Source of the DNA: Sphingomonadaceae bacterium
GTDB lineage: Bacteria > Chloroflexota > UBA6077
Length of the DNA: 64,000 nt
Direction: 5' to 3'
Assembly: GCA_050261575.1 (NCBI GenBank)
Contig: JBLNDL010000005.1
Coordinates: 62,001 to 126,000 of the forward strand
Shown here piece after piece: positions 61,041 to 64,000 of this stretch. Under the pieces are notes generated by a model, which was not told where the DNA came from, searched no databases, and was given only the letters and a program-made list of their open reading frames with translations. Numbering within the stretch: the stretch's first letter is position 1; each line of letters begins with the position of its first letter. The translations under genes and the position numbers were made by a program.

Positions 61041-61877
61041 ATGTGGCTTCGAGTCACCACACTGGCCGAGAACACCGCGACCAAGGCCGGGCTGTTGGCC
61101 GAGCACGGCCTCTGCATGCTGCTCGAGGTGGACGACCTGTGCGTGTTGCTGGACACCGGCCACACCAGCACCGCCGCTCACAACGCCCGGGCCCTGGGGG
61201 TCGATCTCTCCCGGGTCCGCCACCTGGTGCTGAGCCACGGCCATCAGGATCACACCGGAGGCATCAGGGAGTTGCTGTCCCAGACCGACGAGGTGGTCGT
61301 TCACGCCCACCGCGACGTGTGGATGCCCCGCTACGTCATCCGGAAGGGGGAGAAGACCCGCTACATCGGCCTGGCCTTCGTGAGGGAGCATCTGGAGGCG
61401 ATGGGCGCCACCTTCCGGCTCTCCGACGGTCCCGATCGCATCACCGACGAGGTGATGACCACCGGTCCGGTGCCCCGCAACACCCCCTTCGAGCGGGTGG
61501 ACGCGGACCTCGTGGTGAAGTCCCCCACCGGCTGGCGGCAGGACGAGATTCCGGACGACCAGGCGCTGCTGGTGAAGACCCCCCGCGGGCTGGTGGTGCT
61601 GCTGGGCTGCGCCCACAGTGGGATCGTGAACACCTTGGCCCACGCCCGGGAGGTATCCGGCGAGGAGCGGATCTTCGCCGTGCTAGGGGGCACCCACCTG
61701 GGCTTCGCCCCCGCCGAGCAACTGGAGCGCACCATCAAGGCGCTCGAGGGCTTCGACATCCAGAAGCTGGGGGTATCCCACTGCACCGGGCTGGCCGCCG
61801 CCGCGCGGCTGGCCCAGGAGTTCGGCGACCGCTTCTTCTTCAACAACGTGGGCACCGTCACCGAGTGGCAGCTTTGA
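61041..61877 (+). CDS. MBL-fold metallo-hydrolase (MJ0301/COG1237-like)
   Basis: AEHGL, LLDTG, LSHGHQDHTGG, GCAHSG, GGTHL, SHCTG. Confidence 0.9.
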   Translation: MWLRVTTLAENTATKAGLLAEHGLCMLLEVDDLCVLLDTGHTSTAAHNARALGVDLSRVRHLVLSHGHQDHTGGIRELLSQTDEVVVHAHRDVWMPRYVIRKGEKTRYIGLAFVREHLEAMGATFRLSDGPDRITDEVMTTGPVPRNTPFERVDADLVVKSPTGWRQDEIPDDQALLVKTPRGLVVLLGCAHSGIVNTLAHAREVSGEERIFAVLGGTHLGFAPAEQLERTIKALEGFDIQKLGVSHCTGLAAAARLAQEFGDRFFFNNVGTVTEWQL

Positions 61878-62175
61878 CGGGATCTATCGTGGCCACCACC
61901 TTGTTCCTCTGCTAATGGGCTGCGCCAGCGGCCATCCTGCTGGCACCGTAGAAGTCAGGGTGCTCCGAGGCAGGCCTGAAGAGCGGGCTACGGACGCCGG
62001 GCAGTAGTGCCTGAGGTTGTACGCGCTGAAGGTCGTGTCCAGCCAGACAGTGGGTGTTCTGATGCATCGTGGTCACCGCTAGCGCTGGGCTCATGCCCCC
62101 ACGCCGGCTTCTGATCGGTCGCGTCCTTGCGGCCCAGCTTTCCCTTCTCGAAACCGAACGGCGGGAGGAGAGGCC

Positions 62176-62613
62176 ATGGAGATCTACACGATAGGTTTCA
62201 CGCAGAGAAACGCTGCCTCCTTCTTCGGAGCCCTGAGGCGGAGCGGGATCAAGCGGCTCATCGACGTCCGCCTCAACAACACGTCGCAGTTGGCGGGGTT
62301 CACCAAGAAGGACGACCTGCAATTCTTCTTGAAGGAGTTGTGTGAGGCCGATTACCTCCACGAGCCGCTGTTGGCGCCGACCCAAGATATCCTCGACGGC
62401 TACAAGAAGAAAGGCGGTAAGTGGGGCGACTACGAGGAGCGATTCTTGGCACTGATGAGCGGACGCCAGGTCGAAGACAGGATGGATCGGAGGCTTTTCG
62501 AGGTTCCCACTGTTCTGCTATGCAGCGAAGCCACGCCCGAGCATTGCCACCGACGGCTCGTCGCGGAGTACCTCCGAGGGAAATGGGGTGACGTGCGGAT
62601 CATCCACCTGTAG
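62176..62613 (+). CDS. DUF488-domain protein
   Basis: IYTIGF, LIDVRLNNTSQLAGF, LLCSE..CHRRLVAE. Confidence 0.9.
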   Translation: MEIYTIGFTQRNAASFFGALRRSGIKRLIDVRLNNTSQLAGFTKKDDLQFFLKELCEADYLHEPLLAPTQDILDGYKKKGGKWGDYEERFLALMSGRQVEDRMDRRLFEVPTVLLCSEATPEHCHRRLVAEYLRGKWGDVRIIHL

Positions 62614-62881
62614 GTAGGCGCGCTGCGCCCTCCGTGGATCCTGTGTTCTTGGTGACTCCATGGCGGTCTCGCCACGACGGTGAGGGCGATCTATACTTGC
62701 CGGGGGATTATCTTGCCGCAATTGGCCTATTCGCGGCAAGGTGACGGAGGTGCCGGTAGCGGCGAGGGATCAGGGGGTGCTGCTGATCGGTGCCGACGAG
62801 CTGTTCGCATGACTCGGTTCCTGACTGCAAGGGCATCTTCTCCTCATCCTCCCCCGTGACGATCGCCTGGTGGCTGTGCGC

Positions 62882-64000
62882 TCACAGATGCTCCTTGATC
62901 TTCGCCGCTGCCTGGCGGGTCATCCCCGGCACCGCCAGCAACTCCTCCAGGGGTGCCTCCCGGATCGCCCTCACCGAGCCGAAGTGCTTCATCAGCGCCT
63001 GCTTCCGGCGGGGGCCTATGCCCGGCACCTCGTCCAGGGCCGACCCGAGGGTGCGCTTGCTGCGCACGTTGCGATGGTAGGTGATGGCGAATCGGTGGGC
63101 CTCGTCCCGGATGCGTTGCACCAGGTAGAGGGCCTGCGAGGTCCGGGGGAGCATCATCCCCTGGGAGACCCCGGGCTGGAAGATCTCCTCGTTCTCCTTG
63201 GCCAGCCCCACGACGGGCAGGTTGGCCAGGCCCAGGTCGTCCAGCACCTCCAGGGCGGCGTTCAACTGCCCCTTGCCGCCGTCCACGATCACCAGGTCCG
63301 GTAGCACGGCCCAGGAGGAGGGTTCTGAGTTCTGAGTCCTGGGTCCTGAGTCCAGGGTGTCGGGGTCCTCACCCCGTGGGCCGGCCAAAGGGCCGGTCCA
63401 CGCCTCTCCTGGAGGGAAAGTGGAATCGATGCTCCCCGCGCCCCCGGCTCTCCGAGTCTCCGCGTCCTCACTCTCCCCGCCTCCGACGCTAACGGCTGAT
63501 AGCTGGCCACTGACCGCTCGCTTGAAGCGCCGCCGCAGCACCTCCTGCATCATGGCGAAGTCGTTGGCCCCCTCCACCGTCTTGATCTTGAAGCGGCGGT
63601 AGTCGGAGCTCTTCGCCTGCCCCCCCTCGAACACCACCATGCTCCCCACCGCCGAGGTGCCCTGGATGTTGGAGATGTCGTAGCACTCTATCCGGTGGGG
63701 CGTGGCCGGTAGCTGCAGCGCGTCGCGCAACTCCAGCAGGGCGCCGGTGGTCCGCTGGGTGTCGTTCAGCCAGCGAAGCTTGAGCATCTCCAACTGCTGG
63801 ACGGCGTTCTCCAACGCCAGCTTCACCAGTTGGGCTTTCTGACCTCGCTTGGGCACCGCCAGACGCACGCGGCTGCCGCGCCGCTCGGTGAGCCACTCGC
63901 CGAGCGTCTCGGCGTCGTCGATCTCCTCCTGAATCAGGATCTGAGGGGGCACGTAGGCCGCGGAGTCGTAGAACTGCTGCAGGAATGAGGCGAGCACGGG
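62882..64000 (-). CDS. uvrC: Excinuclease ABC subunit C (5' part outside the window)
   Basis: RIECYDISN, YRRFKIK, PDLVIVDGGKGQL, RIRDEAHRFA, HhH PGIGPRR. Confidence 0.96.
   Translation of the reverse strand, partial: PVLASFLQQFYDSAAYVPPQILIQEEIDDAETLGEWLTERRGSRVRLAVPKRGQKAQLVKLALENAVQQLEMLKLRWLNDTQRTTGALLELRDALQLPATPHRIECYDISNIQGTSAVGSMVVFEGGQAKSSDYRRFKIKTVEGANDFAMMQEVLRRRFKRAVSGQLSAVSVGGGESEDAETRRAGGAGSIDSTFPPGEAWTGPLAGPRGEDPDTLDSGPRTQNSEPSSWAVLPDLVIVDGGKGQLNAALEVLDDLGLANLPVVGLAKENEEIFQPGVSQGMMLPRTSQALYLVQRIRDEAHRFAITYHRNVRSKRTLGSALDEVPGIGPRRKQALMKHFGSVRAIREAPLEELLAVPGMTRQAAAKIKEHL

Overview
GC-rich bacterial chromosomal window, most likely Chloroflexota (inferred from the obgE-nadD pair, a sortase-type substrate, an L,D-transpeptidase and Chloroflexi-type cell-surface repeats). 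It is mostly core genome: a probable oriC (DnaA boxes plus DnaA-trio-like tract, about 1.8-2.05 kb) upstream of obgE-nadD, the rpmH-rnpA-yidD-yidC-jag-pfkB-parA-parB cluster, dnaN-recF and uvrC, but no dnaA in any of its usual positions. It also holds mntR-mntH-usp, a Liv-type ABC transporter, a LonC-type protease, a P-type ATPase, plsX/fabF, secreted hydrolases, two atypical tRNAs and a BlaI/M56-regulated DUF2318-ABC module. The best unexplained signals are: (1) a stand-alone structured ncRNA of about 210 nt with its own promoter and terminator (35.9-36.1 kb); (2) a five-copy 70-bp MITE-like element; (3) a shared TCTTAC-N5-GTAAGA operator linking BlaI/M56 to DUF2318-ABC; (4) a CsoR-like operator on an FmdB-type gene; (5) heptamer repeat arrays inserted in-frame into recF and uvrC. 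No CRISPR array, transposase, integrase or rRNA was seen. All calls are by eye, with no database searches.
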